Shown in pieces: positions 22,002-32,458 of a stretch of DNA of 64,000 nt. Below the pieces are notes generated by a model. The model had not been told where the DNA came from. It searched no databases and saw nothing but the letters and a program-made list of their open reading frames with translations. Each line of letters begins with the position of its first letter. Within the stretch, counting starts at the first letter, position 1. This stretch comes from an uncultured delta proteobacterium. Its GTDB lineage: Bacteria; Desulfobacterota; Desulfuromonadia; Desulfuromonadales; JACZKF01. The stretch lies in NCBI GenBank assembly GCA_963816395.1, contig CAWFKQ010000016.1:448001-512000 (forward strand), read 5' to 3'. Both the position numbers and the translations under genes were made by a program.

Positions 22002-23148
22002 TCAGCCTTTGATGCCCGGCATCAGACTCTCGATCAGCTCCTCGGTCCACGGTGTTCCCTTGGCCAGAGCCTGGCGCAGCTGGACGAAATCGATCTCGCG
22101 CCCGGTCTCCTTGGTTCCCCTCGTTGAAGGCGCGAAAGCCGGTGCGCGCTTCGTTCATCATGTTCAGCGCCAGCCAGGCGCGGGAATTTTCCTTGTTGCG
22201 GTTCCAGGCGTCGAGCTTGGGCTTGCGCAGCTCCTCCAGGCTCTTGGTCATGCACTCGGGGAAGGTCTCCAGCAGCTTGGCGCACAGCTCCTCCACCTTC
22301 TGATCGAGCAGGCTCAGGTCCACCTCGCCGCCCTTGATCTGTGCCTGTCCTTCCTTGAAGGCGGCGCCGGTCTTGAACTCGCCATGCACCAGCCGGCCGT
22401 ACTCGTCGAGCAGCCGGTCGGTGATCACCGTCGGGTTGGCGACGAATTTGCCTGCCACCTTCAGCGCCGGCACCACGTCGGCGATGATCCCCAGCCGCGC
22501 CGCCTTGTGCGCCGAGAACGGCTCGCACAGCGTGCCGGAAACCATCGCCTGCTCGCAGCCGATCATCAGCGGCAGAAAGTCGGTCGCCCCGCCGATGGCC
22601 GCCGAACCGTGCTTGGGCCCGGCCTGGCCGAAGTTCGCCAGGTCCTGGGCGAGGCTGAAGTCGCAGGCCATGCCGATCTCCTGGCCGCCGCCGATGCGCA
22701 TGCCGTTCACCCGGCAGACCACCGGCTTGTCGCAGCCCAGGATGGCCGAGACCATGTCGTTGAACAGCCGCATGTACTGGCGGTACTCCTGCGGGTTGCC
22801 GGCGTAGTACTCGGCGTATTCCTTGGTGTTGCCGCCGGTGCAGAAGGCCTTGTCGCCGACGCCGGTGAACACCACCGCGTTCACCTGCCGGTCGACCGAG
22901 GCCCGGCGAAAGGCGAGAATGGTCGCCTTGACCATGTCGGTGGTATAGGAGTTGTACTGTTTGGGGTTGTTGAAGATGATCCAGGCATTGTAGAGCCCCT
23001 CGGCCACCGCGCCGTCACGGCCTCGGGCGGGGCGCTTCTCGTAGCGGACCATCCCGTCGCACAGACTCTCCACCTCCCGGTCGATCAGGTTATGGTCGAT
23101 CAGATGCCCCGGGGCGGTGCGGGCAATTATCTCTTCGGTCCTGGCCAT
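22002..23148 (-). CDS. bamA: 6-oxocyclohex-1-ene-1-carbonyl-CoA hydrolase, copy 1 (one extra C in the run at 22117-22120)
   Basis: QYNSYTTDM, FCTGGNTKEYAEYY, GQAGPKHGS; Geobacter-like N-terminus; 1 nt longer than intact copy 2. Confidence 0.93.
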
Positions 23149-23247
23149 GGCTTGCCTCCTATAATTTATTGGGAATAGTTTCGGTGGATTTCGCGAAATC
23201 CTGGCAGATCGAATAAAGTCTTTGGACATCTCCTATTATGGCAAAAT

Positions 23248-23274
23248 GGTACTTCAATACTTATTTAGGGTCAA
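23248..23274 (-). promoter_or_regulatory. Sigma-70-type promoter with overlapping palindromic operator (bamA1-bcr operon)
   Basis: Minus strand TTGACC-17-TACCAT; plus strand GGTACTTCAATACT at 23248-23261; same motif at four other sites. Confidence 0.75.
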
Positions 23275-23309
23275 GGAAAAAATCCCCGCCCTTGGAAATT
23301 TTCAGTCGC

Positions 23310-24224
23310 CTATTCCCGGGTATTTCTACCGGTTGCCGCCGGTTCACCGGGCGCGCCGCTCAGCGCCTTGCCCAGGAAGTTGGTGGGATTCCCCGAGAAC
23401 ACCCGGGTCTCGATCTCCTCCGGCAGTTCCAGTTCTCTGACCATCCGGATGTAGTCGAACACGGTTTCCGGGGCGTAGAGAAGGGCGTCGGAGCCGAAAC
23501 ACACCCGGTCGGCGTAATGAAGGATGAAGTCCCGGTAACCGGCCGGACTGCTCCTGATGTAGGGAAGCATGGAGGCGAAATCCGTGTACACGTTGGGATA
23601 GCGGTCGAGGATCTTGCGAAACGCGCTCCGGCCGATGCCCAGGTGCGCGAAGTTGACCCGAAGTCGGGGGAAATCGTCCAGCAGCGCGGCCATCAGGTCG
23701 CCGTAGCGCCGGGCATCCATGTGATAGAGCAATGGCAGATCGTGGGCTTCGGCAAAAGCGAAGATCTCCCATTCGCGCCGCCGGTACTGCTCGAGACTGA
23801 TGCCGAAAGTATCCGGAACGTTGCCGACGCCGAGATCGTTCCCGTCCTCGGCGAGGTAAATGCCCTTGATCCCGCGGAATCCCTGCGCGAGGTAATTCTC
23901 CAGGGTGGGGGCCACCTCGCCCCACAAATGACGCGTGTCCACGAAGGGCAGGAGGACGGGGGCGTTCAGCCGGGTCAGCTCCAGAAGGTCAGCCGCTTCG
24001 TGGAACAGCCGGTCGCCCCGGTTCTCGATATAGCCGGGGATCAGGTTCCACATGGCTTCGGCGTCCAGGTGCGTATTCACCAGCCCCACCACGGCCAGAT
24101 GCCGGAGACCTTCTTTCTGCAGCGCCTCGATCCCGCGGGCAACGGCCTCGGCGTGCTGTCTGCCGGTAAAGCAATGAAGGTGAACGTCGATAATTTCCTG
24201 GCGCATCGCCGATTCAGATTCCAT
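23310..24224 (-). CDS. Amidohydrolase family (Amidohydro_2-like) protein
   Basis: IIDVHLH, FRGIK, LLYH, FAHLG, FGSD motifs. Confidence 0.8.
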   Translation of the reverse strand: MESESAMRQEIIDVHLHCFTGRQHAEAVARGIEALQKEGLRHLAVVGLVNTHLDAEAMWNLIPGYIENRGDRLFHEAADLLELTRLNAPVLLPFVDTRHLWGEVAPTLENYLAQGFRGIKGIYLAEDGNDLGVGNVPDTFGISLEQYRRREWEIFAFAEAHDLPLLYHMDARRYGDLMAALLDDFPRLRVNFAHLGIGRSAFRKILDRYPNVYTDFASMLPYIRSSPAGYRDFILHYADRVCFGSDALLYAPETVFDYIRMVRELELPEEIETRVFSGNPTNFLGKALSGAPGEPAATGRNTRE

Positions 24225-25086
24225 GGGGGGATTCCGGCCGGCGCATGATGGCTTCGATGAGGGTGATCCGGCCTTCTTCGAGATTACGCACCTGATTCTC
24301 CGCCATGGCGCGAAAATCCGGGCCCAGGAGCAGGTGGATGCCGAGGGAGGGAGAACCCAGGCGGCGGATTTTCTCGCCCAGGTGGCGAAACCAGGACCGG
24401 CAGGTTTCCGTCACATCCCGCCACAGCACGGTCTCGAAGCCGGTTGCCTCCAGACTTTCGCGCATCTGCTGCGGCGTGGAGAGAAAGCTGATCGAAGACT
24501 CCCGCGCCCAGGGAACGGGGAAGTGCACCGGTCCGCCAGCTCCGGCGAAGATTTCATAGAGAGCCAGCACCCCGCCCGGCTTCAGAACCCGCCACATTTC
24601 GCGGCAGAGTTCTTCCTTGGCGGGGATGTTCATCCCGGCATGCTGCATCCAGAGCACATCGAAATTTCCCTCGGCGAAGGGCATGTCGAGAGCGTTGCCC
24701 TGCCGATAGCGGACGCGGGAATCGAGGCCGAGGCGCCGGGTGAGCATGGCGGCCACCCGGCAATATTCCGCGCTGAGATCGATCCCGGTGACCTGGCAAC
24801 CGAAGCCGCGGGCGAGATCTCGGCAGGCGCCGCCGAGGCCGCTGCCGATATCCAGGACCCGCATACCCTCGTTGAGGGAGATCTCCTGGGCCAGCGCTAG
24901 CGTCGCCTGGCGCCCGCGAATATGAAACTGATCAATCGGGGCAAGATCTTCAACGGTCAGGTGCTCCGGGTCCTTGCCGGCTTCAGCCAGAGCTCGCAGG
25001 ATGGCAGCACCGAGATCCTGATGGGAATAGTGGGCCTCTACCCTCGTCGAATTCCCGTCAGATGGGTTCATTCCATCGTTCCTCAT
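24214..25086 (-). CDS. Class I SAM-dependent methyltransferase
   Basis: VLDIGSGLGG, GIDLS, RVLKPGG. Confidence 0.88.
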   Translation of the reverse strand: MRNDGMNPSDGNSTRVEAHYSHQDLGAAILRALAEAGKDPEHLTVEDLAPIDQFHIRGRQATLALAQEISLNEGMRVLDIGSGLGGACRDLARGFGCQVTGIDLSAEYCRVAAMLTRRLGLDSRVRYRQGNALDMPFAEGNFDVLWMQHAGMNIPAKEELCREMWRVLKPGGVLALYEIFAGAGGPVHFPVPWARESSISFLSTPQQMRESLEATGFETVLWRDVTETCRSWFRHLGEKIRRLGSPSLGIHLLLGPDFRAMAENQVRNLEEGRITLIEAIMRRPESPHGI

Positions 25087-25150
25087 GTCCGGCTCTCGAC
25101 ATTCCCGCCGGCGTGTCTGGTTCCGGCCAGGGCCGGTCGGCTGCAGGAGA

Positions 25151-27202
25151 TCAGACCAGCGTCAGGAGCACTTGACCGATCTCGACGCTATTTCCCTCCT
25201 GTATGCAAAGTTCGCCGATGGTTCCGTCCCGGTCGGCGCAGATCTCGTTCTCCATTTTCATCGCCTCCAGAATCAGCAGCAGATCGCCTTCCTGGACCCG
25301 TTGCCCGGGAGACACCTCGATCTTCCAGACGTTGCCGGCCAGGGGAGCGGTCACTCCGTTCCTGTCGGCTGCGGCGGGCGTAGCGGACGGGGAGGGGGCG
25401 GCCGGTTTGCCGACTGCATCGCCGGTAAAGGTCAGCAGGATCGCCCCGGGATCGACGGCATCGCCTTCTTTGACCCGGATTTCGGCCACGACTCCGGATC
25501 TTTCGGCCAGCACCTCGTTCTCCATCTTCATGGCCTCAAGAATGAAGAGCAGGTCGCCTTCTTCGACCTTCTGCCCCGGCTTCACCTCGATCTTCCAGAT
25601 GTTGCCGGCCAGGGGAGCCACAACCTCACCCCCAGTGGCCGCTGCCTCGGCGGCCTGCGGCGCAGTTGCGTTCGCGGCCGCGGCGGCAGCGGCGGCCGCC
25701 TGGCCGCTTGCCCCGGCAACGTGAACGACGAAACTTCGCCCGCCGCCGGTAACGGTGAAAACCTCGCCGGCAGGCGCCGGAGCGGCGGCGGTAGAGGACT
25801 CCTCGCCCGTCGGTGCGGGTTCGAAGGCGCCCGGGTTGCCGCGGTTCTCCAGGAACTTGAGGCCCACCTGCGGGAACAGGGCACAGGTCAGCACGTCTTC
25901 TACTTCATTCTCGGCGAGGCGGATCCCCTTCTGCGCGGCGACCAGGCGCAACTCGCCGGTGAGTTTCTCCATTTCCGCCGCCAGCAGCTCCGCCGGCCGG
26001 CAGGTGATCGGTTCGGCGCCGTTGAGGACCTTCTGCTGCAACTCCCGGTTCACCGGCGCGGGGGTGGCGCCGTATTCCCCCTTCAGGACGGCGGCGGTTT
26101 CCTTGGTCATCGACTTGTAGCGCTCGCCGGTAAGGATATTGAGGACCGCCTGGCTGCCGACGATCTGCGAGGTGGGGGTCACCAGGGGGATAAAGCCCAG
26201 GTCCTCGCGCACTCTGGGGATCTCCTCCAGAACCTGGTCCATCTTGTGGATGGCGCCCTGCTCGCGCAGCTGGTTTTCCATATTGGTCAGCATGCCGCCG
26301 GGGACCTGCGCCGTGATGATCCGGGCGTCGATCCCCTTCAGGGAACCTTCGAATTTCGCGTACTTCTTCCGCACGTCGCGGAAATAGGCGGCGATCTCCT
26401 GCAGCAGCCCGAGGTTCAGGCCGGTGGCATGCCCGGTCCCCTCGGTGATGGCGACCAGGGTCTCGGTGGGGGAGTGGCCGTAGGTCAGGCTCATGGAGGA
26501 AATGGCCGTGTCGACGTTGTCGACTCCCGCCTCCAGCGCCTTGAGGTAGGCGGCGGTGGACATGCCGGTGGTGGCATGGCATTGCATGTGGATCGGCATG
26601 GCGAGTGCCGCCTTGAGCTTTTTGACCAGCTCGTAGGCGACATAGGGCGAGAGCAGGCCGGCCATGTCCTTGATGCACAGCGAGTGGGCGCCCATGTCCT
26701 TGATCTGCTTGCCGAGCTCGACCCATTTTTCGATGGTGTGAACCGGGCTGACGGTATAGGAGATGGTCCCCTGGGCATGTTTCCCCTGCCGCAGAACGGC
26801 CCGGATGGCCGTTTCGAGATTGCGCGGATCGTTCATGGCGTCGAAGACGCGAAAAACATCGATGCCGTTGATCGCCGCCCGCTCGACGAATTTCTCGACC
26901 ACATCATCGGCATAATGCCGGTAGCCGAGGATGTTCTGCCCCCGGAAGAGCATCTGCTGCCGGGTGTTGGGCATCGCCTTTTTCAGCGCCCGCAGGCGCT
27001 CCCAGGGATCCTCGCCGAGAAACCGGATACAGGAATCGAAGGTGGCGCCGCCCCACGTTTCCAGCGACCAGTAGCCGACCTGGTCGAGTTTCTCGGCGAT
27101 GGGCAGCATATCCTCCAGGCGCAGGCGGGTGGCGAACAGGGACTGGTGTGCGTCACGCAGCACAACTTCGGTGATTCCTAGTGGTTTTCTTGCTTTGGTC
27201 AT
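25151..27202 (-). CDS. oadA: Oxaloacetate decarboxylase alpha / pyruvate carboxyltransferase subunit with two biotinyl domains
   Basis: [36 protein letters not shown]; two EAMKMENE motifs separated by Ala/Pro-rich linkers. Confidence 0.85.
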   Translation of the reverse strand: MTKARKPLGITEVVLRDAHQSLFATRLRLEDMLPIAEKLDQVGYWSLETWGGATFDSCIRFLGEDPWERLRALKKAMPNTRQQMLFRGQNILGYRHYADDVVEKFVERAAINGIDVFRVFDAMNDPRNLETAIRAVLRQGKHAQGTISYTVSPVHTIEKWVELGKQIKDMGAHSLCIKDMAGLLSPYVAYELVKKLKAALAMPIHMQCHATTGMSTAAYLKALEAGVDNVDTAISSMSLTYGHSPTETLVAITEGTGHATGLNLGLLQEIAAYFRDVRKKYAKFEGSLKGIDARIITAQVPGGMLTNMENQLREQGAIHKMDQVLEEIPRVREDLGFIPLVTPTSQIVGSQAVLNILTGERYKSMTKETAAVLKGEYGATPAPVNRELQQKVLNGAEPITCRPAELLAAEMEKLTGELRLVAAQKGIRLAENEVEDVLTCALFPQVGLKFLENRGNPGAFEPAPTGEESSTAAAPAPAGEVFTVTGGGRSFVVHVAGASGQAAAAAAAAANATAPQAAEAAATGGEVVAPLAGNIWKIEVKPGQKVEEGDLLFILEAMKMENEVLAERSGVVAEIRVKEGDAVDPGAILLTFTGDAVGKPAAPSPSATPAAADRNGVTAPLAGNVWKIEVSPGQRVQEGDLLLILEAMKMENEICADRDGTIGELCIQEGNSVEIGQVLLTLV

Positions 27203-27277
27203 CGAAAAACCCTTTGTATTTAGGGGCTCTTCCGGAAAGCCCCGGGCACAGGCGCCCGGGGCTTGTTGGGGCGAGCC

Positions 27278-29036
27278 TTAGCCCTTGATGATGCGGGGCA
27301 GAAGCATTTGGTGGACAGGGGTGATCGAGCGGGGATTCTGGTAGTTGGCGCCGGTGAAGGCCTGGATGTACCGGCGCAGGTCCGGGCAGGGAGACGATTT
27401 CGTCGACGAAACCCTTGCGGGCGCAGTAGGCCGGACGCGACTTGTCCTGGTAATCCTGGATCATCTGGTTCATCTTCTCCAGGGTCGGTGTGAGATCGCG
27501 GCCGGCTTCATCTTCTTTGACCAGGCGGCGGGCATAGGAGGCGGCGGCCGCCGTTTCCCCGTGCATGACGTAGATTTCCGTCAGCGGGGTACCCAGGGTG
27601 AAGGCATTGTTGTTGTTGGCCTGGGGTCCGGCCATGATGTAATGGGCAGCGGCGGAGCCCTTGCGCAGCACGACGCACATCATGGAGAGGTTGGTCTGCT
27701 CGATGGAATAGACCAGGGACTGCCCCAGGGCGAGCAGTTCGGCTTCTTCGGCCAGATCGCCGACGTCGATACCGGTAGTGTCCTGCAGCCAGATGATGGG
27801 CAGGTTGTCGCGGCCGCAGAGGGTGACGAACTCGCCCTGCTTGATGAGTCCCTGGCGGTAATGCTTGCCGCCGACGCCCGGGTAGGCGCCTTGGGCGTAC
27901 TCGGGATAGCCGGGGAAAACCCCCTGGCGGTTGCCGATGAAGGCGACCGGAAAGCCGTCGATCTTGGCGATGCCGGTGAAGACTTCACGCCCGTAATCGG
28001 GGCGGTATTCCATGAACTCGCTGCCGTCGGTGAGGCGTGCCAGGATCTGCAGGGCATCGTAGGGGCGCTTCTGGTTGGCCGGCAGGAGGCGGTCGAGATC
28101 TTCGGTTGCGAACCTGGGCTCGGCGGGAGCGGCGACCCGGAAGATGGCCGGATCATAGGCCGGCAGCATGCGCATGTAATCCTTGATCCCGTCAAGGACC
28201 CCCTGCTCCGTCTCATGAACTTCACGGAAATAGGCCGTGTGGTCGAAGTGGGTCTCCACCCGGCCGGGGGCTTTCGACTCGAAATTTCTGGTGGCTTCGA
28301 TGAGCTGGCGGGCGGTTTCGACGTCGAAATGCCCGCGCGGGTTCATCCCGCCGACGATGCCGGCGCCGCCGACGGCGATGTTCGCTCCCTCATGGGCCAG
28401 CAGGATAGTGGGGCTGATTCCCTGGTAACCGCCGCCGGCCGGGTTGGTTCCGTAGATGGCATTGAGGATGGGAATCCCCAGCTGGTTCAGTTCGGCATGG
28501 CGGTAGAAGGGTGCCCCGTTGGAGCGGCGGCCGGCGTAGACGGTCTCCTGTTCCATGAGCTTGACGCCGCTGCAGTTGGTCAGCCAGACCAGGGGGACGT
28601 TGAGCCGCTTGGCCAGGTCGGTGACCAGCAGGATGTTCTCGGCCTGGCCGGCGATCCAGGCGCCGGCCATCACCTTGTTGTCGAAGCCGATGATCACCGC
28701 CCAGCGCCCTTCGATCCTGCCGATGCCGTTAACCACCCCGGTACACCCCTCTTCATTGTCCTGGGGGTCAAAGAGGGAGTTGAGGGGGCACCAGGTGCCG
28801 GCGTCGACCAGGTACTCGAGGCGGTCGTAGACGGTCATCCCGCCCCGCTGGCGGATTTTCTCGGCGGGGATGCCGGCGGTTCGGACCCGCTCCCGTTCCG
28901 CTTCGAGGAGTTTTTCCTGTTCCCGGATCAGATCGACATTCTCCTGGGAGCGCCGGATCTCCGCTTCGCTGAGCTCCTTGCCGATGCCGGACATTTTCTC
29001 AAAATACGGGCGCAGTGGCGTTTGCTTACGTGACAT
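27278..29036 (-). CDS. gcdA: Glutaconyl-CoA decarboxylase alpha (carboxyltransferase), frameshift near 27385
   Basis: GTNPAGGGY, AVGGAGIVGGMNP, QDTTGIDVG, RKGSAAAHY, VMHGETA; C-terminus QNPRSITPVHQMLLPRIIKG in the next frame. Confidence 0.85.
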
Positions 29037-29141
29037 GACAGTCCCTTTCACACTGAGAACGCTGGGGATTCAATGCGGCCGCCGCCAGCCGGCCGATAGT
29101 CGGCGGCAGGCGGCCGGATGGCGGGATAAGGGGCAGGGGAA

Positions 29142-29354
29142 TCAACCGATGATGGCCAGAATATCCCCTTCCTCAACCGAGTCCCCTTCTTTGACCTTCA
29201 GTTCGGTGACGGTGCCGCTCTCATCGCAGAAGATCGGCGTTTCCATTTTCAGCGCCTCGAGGATGATGACCTCGTCGTCCACCTCGACTTTATCCCCAAC
29301 GGCAACAGTGATTTTCCAGACTTTTCCGGCGATCGGTGCGGTCAGTTCAGCCAT
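29142..29354 (-). CDS. Biotin carboxyl carrier protein (GcdC-like)
   Basis: 70 aa; APIAGKV...ILEALKMET (LKM variant of MKM). Confidence 0.88.
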   Translation of the reverse strand: MAELTAPIAGKVWKITVAVGDKVEVDDEVIILEALKMETPIFCDESGTVTELKVKEGDSVEEGDILAIIG

Positions 29355-29406
29355 TGTTCACTCCCCCTGTTCTGTTAAGATTAATGTTTAAGTTCTTAAA
29401 GATATT

Positions 29407-29473
29407 AACGCAGAGGCGCAGAGCCGCGGAGAAAAAAATTTTATTTGCAGGAACGTCTCTGCGCCTGCGTGTT
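29407..29473. repeat. Palindromic multicopy-type element
   Basis: AACGCAGAGGCGCAGAG ... CTCTGCGCCTGCGTGTT around an AT-rich loop. Confidence 0.6.
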
Positions 29474-29492
29474 GTAAAGCTCGGTTATACGG

Positions 29493-30611
29493 TTATCCGA
29501 GTTCCTTCAGCAGAATGGCCGCCGCCACCACGGTGCCGATCACGCCGGCGACATTCGGTCCCATGGCGTGCATGAGCAGGTAACTGCGGCGGTTGGCCTC
29601 CGACCCCACTTTGTGCACGCAGCGGGCCGCCATGGGGACGGCCGAAACGCCGGCGGCACCGATGAGGGGATTGATCTTGGTCTTGAGGAAAAGGTTCATG
29701 AACTTGGCCATGAGCAGCCCCGACATGGTGCTGACGGCGAAGGCGAAGAGACCAAGGAAGAAGATGAACAGGACCTTGGGGGTGAGAAAGGTATCGGCGG
29801 TCATGGTGGCGCCGACGGAAAGCCCCAGGAAGATGGTCACGATGTTCATCAGCTCATTGGAGGAGGCCTTGGTCAGGCGTTCGACGACGCCCGATTCCTT
29901 GAAGAGGTTGCCCAGCATGAGCATGGAGATCAGGGGAGCCGAGGGCGGCACGATCAGCATGACGACCATGGCGGTGAGGATGGGGAAGCAGACCTTCTGC
30001 AGTTTGCTGACGGGGCGCATTTTCCCCATGACGATCTTACGCTCCTGCTCGGTCGTCAGCAGCTTCATGATCGGCGGCTGGACGATGGGGACCAGGGCCA
30101 TGTAGGCGTAGGCCGAAACCGCCGTGGCGCCGATGAGCTGCGGTGCCATCTTGGCGGTCAGGTAAACCGTGGTCGGCCCGTCGGCGCCGCCGATAATGGC
30201 GATGGAGCCGGCCTCCTGGAGGGTGAAGCCGAACAGGATCGCGGCGAAGAAGGTGATGTAAATGCCGACCTGCGCCCCCGCCCCCAGCAGCAGCGTCTTC
30301 GGGTTGGCGATCAGCGGACCGAAATCGATCAGGGCGCCAAGACCGAGGAAGATCAGGGGGGGGATGATGTCCCTGGCGATGCCGTAATTGTAGAAAAACC
30401 AGATGAGGCCGTGCTCGGGCTCCATCAGGAAAGTGATCGGCAGGTTGACGATCAGGATGCCGAAGGAAATCGGCAGCAGCAGCAGGGGCTCGTACTGCTT
30501 GCGGATGGCCAGATAGAACAGGACGAAAGCGACCAGCCACATGAACACGTTGCCGACCGTCAGGTGGACCACGCCGCTGGCGAAAATAAGGCTTTTGAAT
30601 ACATCTAACAT
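29493..30611 (-). CDS. gcdB: Na+-translocating decarboxylase beta subunit (GcdB/OadB)
   Basis: YEPLLLLPI, IIGGADGPT, GAAGVSAVPMAAR, HAMGPNVAG. Confidence 0.93.
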   Translation of the reverse strand: MLDVFKSLIFASGVVHLTVGNVFMWLVAFVLFYLAIRKQYEPLLLLPISFGILIVNLPITFLMEPEHGLIWFFYNYGIARDIIPPLIFLGLGALIDFGPLIANPKTLLLGAGAQVGIYITFFAAILFGFTLQEAGSIAIIGGADGPTTVYLTAKMAPQLIGATAVSAYAYMALVPIVQPPIMKLLTTEQERKIVMGKMRPVSKLQKVCFPILTAMVVMLIVPPSAPLISMLMLGNLFKESGVVERLTKASSNELMNIVTIFLGLSVGATMTADTFLTPKVLFIFFLGLFAFAVSTMSGLLMAKFMNLFLKTKINPLIGAAGVSAVPMAARCVHKVGSEANRRSYLLMHAMGPNVAGVIGTVVAAAILLKELG

Positions 30612-30639
30612 GGCGGATTCCCGAGCCTTTCTTTGCTGA

Positions 30640-30812
30640 CTGCAGCTCTCTGCGGCGGCGCTGTCAGCCGGTGCGGTTCTCTTGTTCCAGGCCTCGAAGC
30701 GGTCGATGGCGGCGGTGCCGAGCTGCGTCAGGATCTGCAGCAGGAACATGACCAGATAGACCCCGACGATGCCGGTGAAGAAGACTTCCAGAGCTTTGGA
30801 CCAGATGTTCAC
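30640..30812 (-). CDS. Decarboxylase small membrane subunit (OadG/GcdD-like); reads in-frame into gcdB, probably from a 1-nt insertion destroying its stop
   Basis: GTG start with AAGG RBS; single TM FFTGIVGVYLVMFLLQIL then Ala-rich tail; removing one C from AGC-TGC-AGT gives TGA. Confidence 0.65.
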
Positions 30813-30853
30813 ACGTTTACCCCTTTCCTTCCTGTTGCCGGCCGTGGACGAGG

Positions 30854-32011
30854 CTAGCGGTTTGCCGCATCCCCGAGGGCGACGCCGGCGATGATCGTCT
30901 TCTGGATATTGCTGGTGCCTTCGACCACCCGGAGGGACTGGGCATCGCGAAGGAAGCGCTCGGCGGGATATTCGGTGGAGAAGCCGTAGCTGCCGAAGAT
31001 CTTCATCGTTTCGCTGGCGGCATGGACGGCGGCTTCGGAGGCGAAGAGTTTGGCCATGGAGGTCTGGTACTGGTTAGGCAAGCCCTGATCCTTGAGCCAG
31101 GCGGCCTGGTAGACGAGCAGGCGGGCGGCCTCATGTTCGGCGACCATGTCGGCGATCTGCGCCTGAATCATCTGGAAGGAGCCGATTTTTTTGCCGAACT
31201 GGGTGCGCTCGTTAGCGTACTCGATGGCCGCCGCAATGGCGCCGCCGGCAATGCCGAGGGCTCCGGCGGAGCAGCTGATGCGGGTGTTGTTAAGCTGCCA
31301 CATGCAGATCTGAAAGCCCATGCCGACTTTGCCAAGGACGGCGTCCTTGGGAATCCGGGCCTGGCTGAAGGCAATCTCGCCGGTGGGGGCGCAGTGCAGG
31401 CCGAGCTTGGTATTGATCGGTGCGGTGACGATCCCCTCGGTGTCTTTCAGATTGACGATGAAGCAGGTCATCCCCTTGTACTTCTGGCTCTTGTCGGTGT
31501 AGGCGTAAACCAGGCCCCAGTCGCCGACATGGGCATTGGAGATCCACATCTTCTGGCCGTTGAGCTCCCAATAGTCACCGCGATCGGTGGCCGTCGTCTG
31601 CATGCTGGCGACATCGGAGCCGGAATTGGGCTCGGTGATGGCAAAAAAGCCGAAGGAATCGGCACTGACCCAGCTGGGGATGAAGCGCTGTTTCTGCTCC
31701 TCGCTGCCGAATTTATTGACCGTTATCGCCGGTCCGATGTTCTGCATGTTGAACGGCAGGCGCCAGGAGCCGCTGACCTTGGCGATCTGCTCGGCCAGGA
31801 TCACCGACTCGAGAAAGCCGAAGCCGTTGCCGCCGTATTCTTCCGGCAGGGCGCAGCCGAAGAAGCCGAGTTCGGCCATCTTTTTCACCAGTTCCGGGCG
31901 GAACCGGTGATTCGCTTCGTCCTCTTTGAGGGTGGGAAGGATTTCCTTCTGCGCGAAATCCTTGGCCAAATCCTGCATCATCCGTTGTTCATCCGTCAAT
32001 CCGAACTGCAT
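30854..32011 (-). CDS. Acyl-CoA dehydrogenase, probable glutaryl-CoA dehydrogenase
   Basis: FAITEPNSGSD, KMWISN, RTQFGK, VVEGTSNI; heads the gcd operon in a benzoyl-CoA island. Confidence 0.8.
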   Translation of the reverse strand: MQFGLTDEQRMMQDLAKDFAQKEILPTLKEDEANHRFRPELVKKMAELGFFGCALPEEYGGNGFGFLESVILAEQIAKVSGSWRLPFNMQNIGPAITVNKFGSEEQKQRFIPSWVSADSFGFFAITEPNSGSDVASMQTTATDRGDYWELNGQKMWISNAHVGDWGLVYAYTDKSQKYKGMTCFIVNLKDTEGIVTAPINTKLGLHCAPTGEIAFSQARIPKDAVLGKVGMGFQICMWQLNNTRISCSAGALGIAGGAIAAAIEYANERTQFGKKIGSFQMIQAQIADMVAEHEAARLLVYQAAWLKDQGLPNQYQTSMAKLFASEAAVHAASETMKIFGSYGFSTEYPAERFLRDAQSLRVVEGTSNIQKTIIAGVALGDAANR

Positions 32012-32119
32012 CTTGACCTCCAGGGTAGACAGGTTCTAGGTTAAGCCAAATAGCGAAGGCAGGGTCTTCCGTGATCGGGCCGGGGCGGTCGAGGCATCGA
32101 TGGGCCAGTTAGGCAAATA

Positions 32120-32146
32120 GGTACCACAATACCATTTAATCGTCAA
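32120..32146 (-). promoter_or_regulatory. Promoter/operator upstream of the acyl-CoA dehydrogenase-gcd operon
   Basis: GGTACCACAATACC at 32120-32133; minus strand TTGACG at the same spacing as the other sites. Confidence 0.75.
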
Positions 32147-32197
32147 GATAATATTTCTACTTGTTTCCAGGGGGGAAAACACACCTTAAAGGCTGGT

Positions 32198-32235
32198 AAA
32201 CAGCGGCGCGGGAACCTCCCCGCACCGCTGTTTTT
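32198..32235. terminator. Intrinsic terminator-like hairpin
   Basis: AAACAGCGGCGCGGG ... CCCGCACCGCTGTTTTT. Confidence 0.6.
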
Positions 32236-32314
32236 CCATCAATATCCGCGGCGGTGGTCCGGCCGGAATTGCCGGACCGAACTGGCGGTCTTCCGAAGGA
32301 ACCCTAGCTGGCGC

Positions 32315-32458
32315 GTTTCTGATTCGGAAACGCGCAATTTTTCGCAAGGTCAAGGAAATCAAGGCATTGCGCGGAGGCGTACATCAGTACGCCGGACAAG
32401 CAAGGCCGCAGATTGACGCAGAGATTGCGGAAAAGGGCCGTTTCCGGACAGAAACTAG
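32315..32458. mobile_element. MITE-like/multicopy element related to the one at 1194-1312
   Basis: Ends GTTTCTGATTCGGAAACG ... CGTTTCCGGACAGAAAC; internal GGCGTAC-n4-GTACGCC; the end supplies the TAG stop of the GNAT gene. Confidence 0.55.

Noticed and set aside
29493..30812. Apparent gamma-beta decarboxylase subunit fusion
   Set aside because: Removing one C near 30641 restores a TGA stop, matching the window-wide +1 insertion pattern; not fully excluded without reads.
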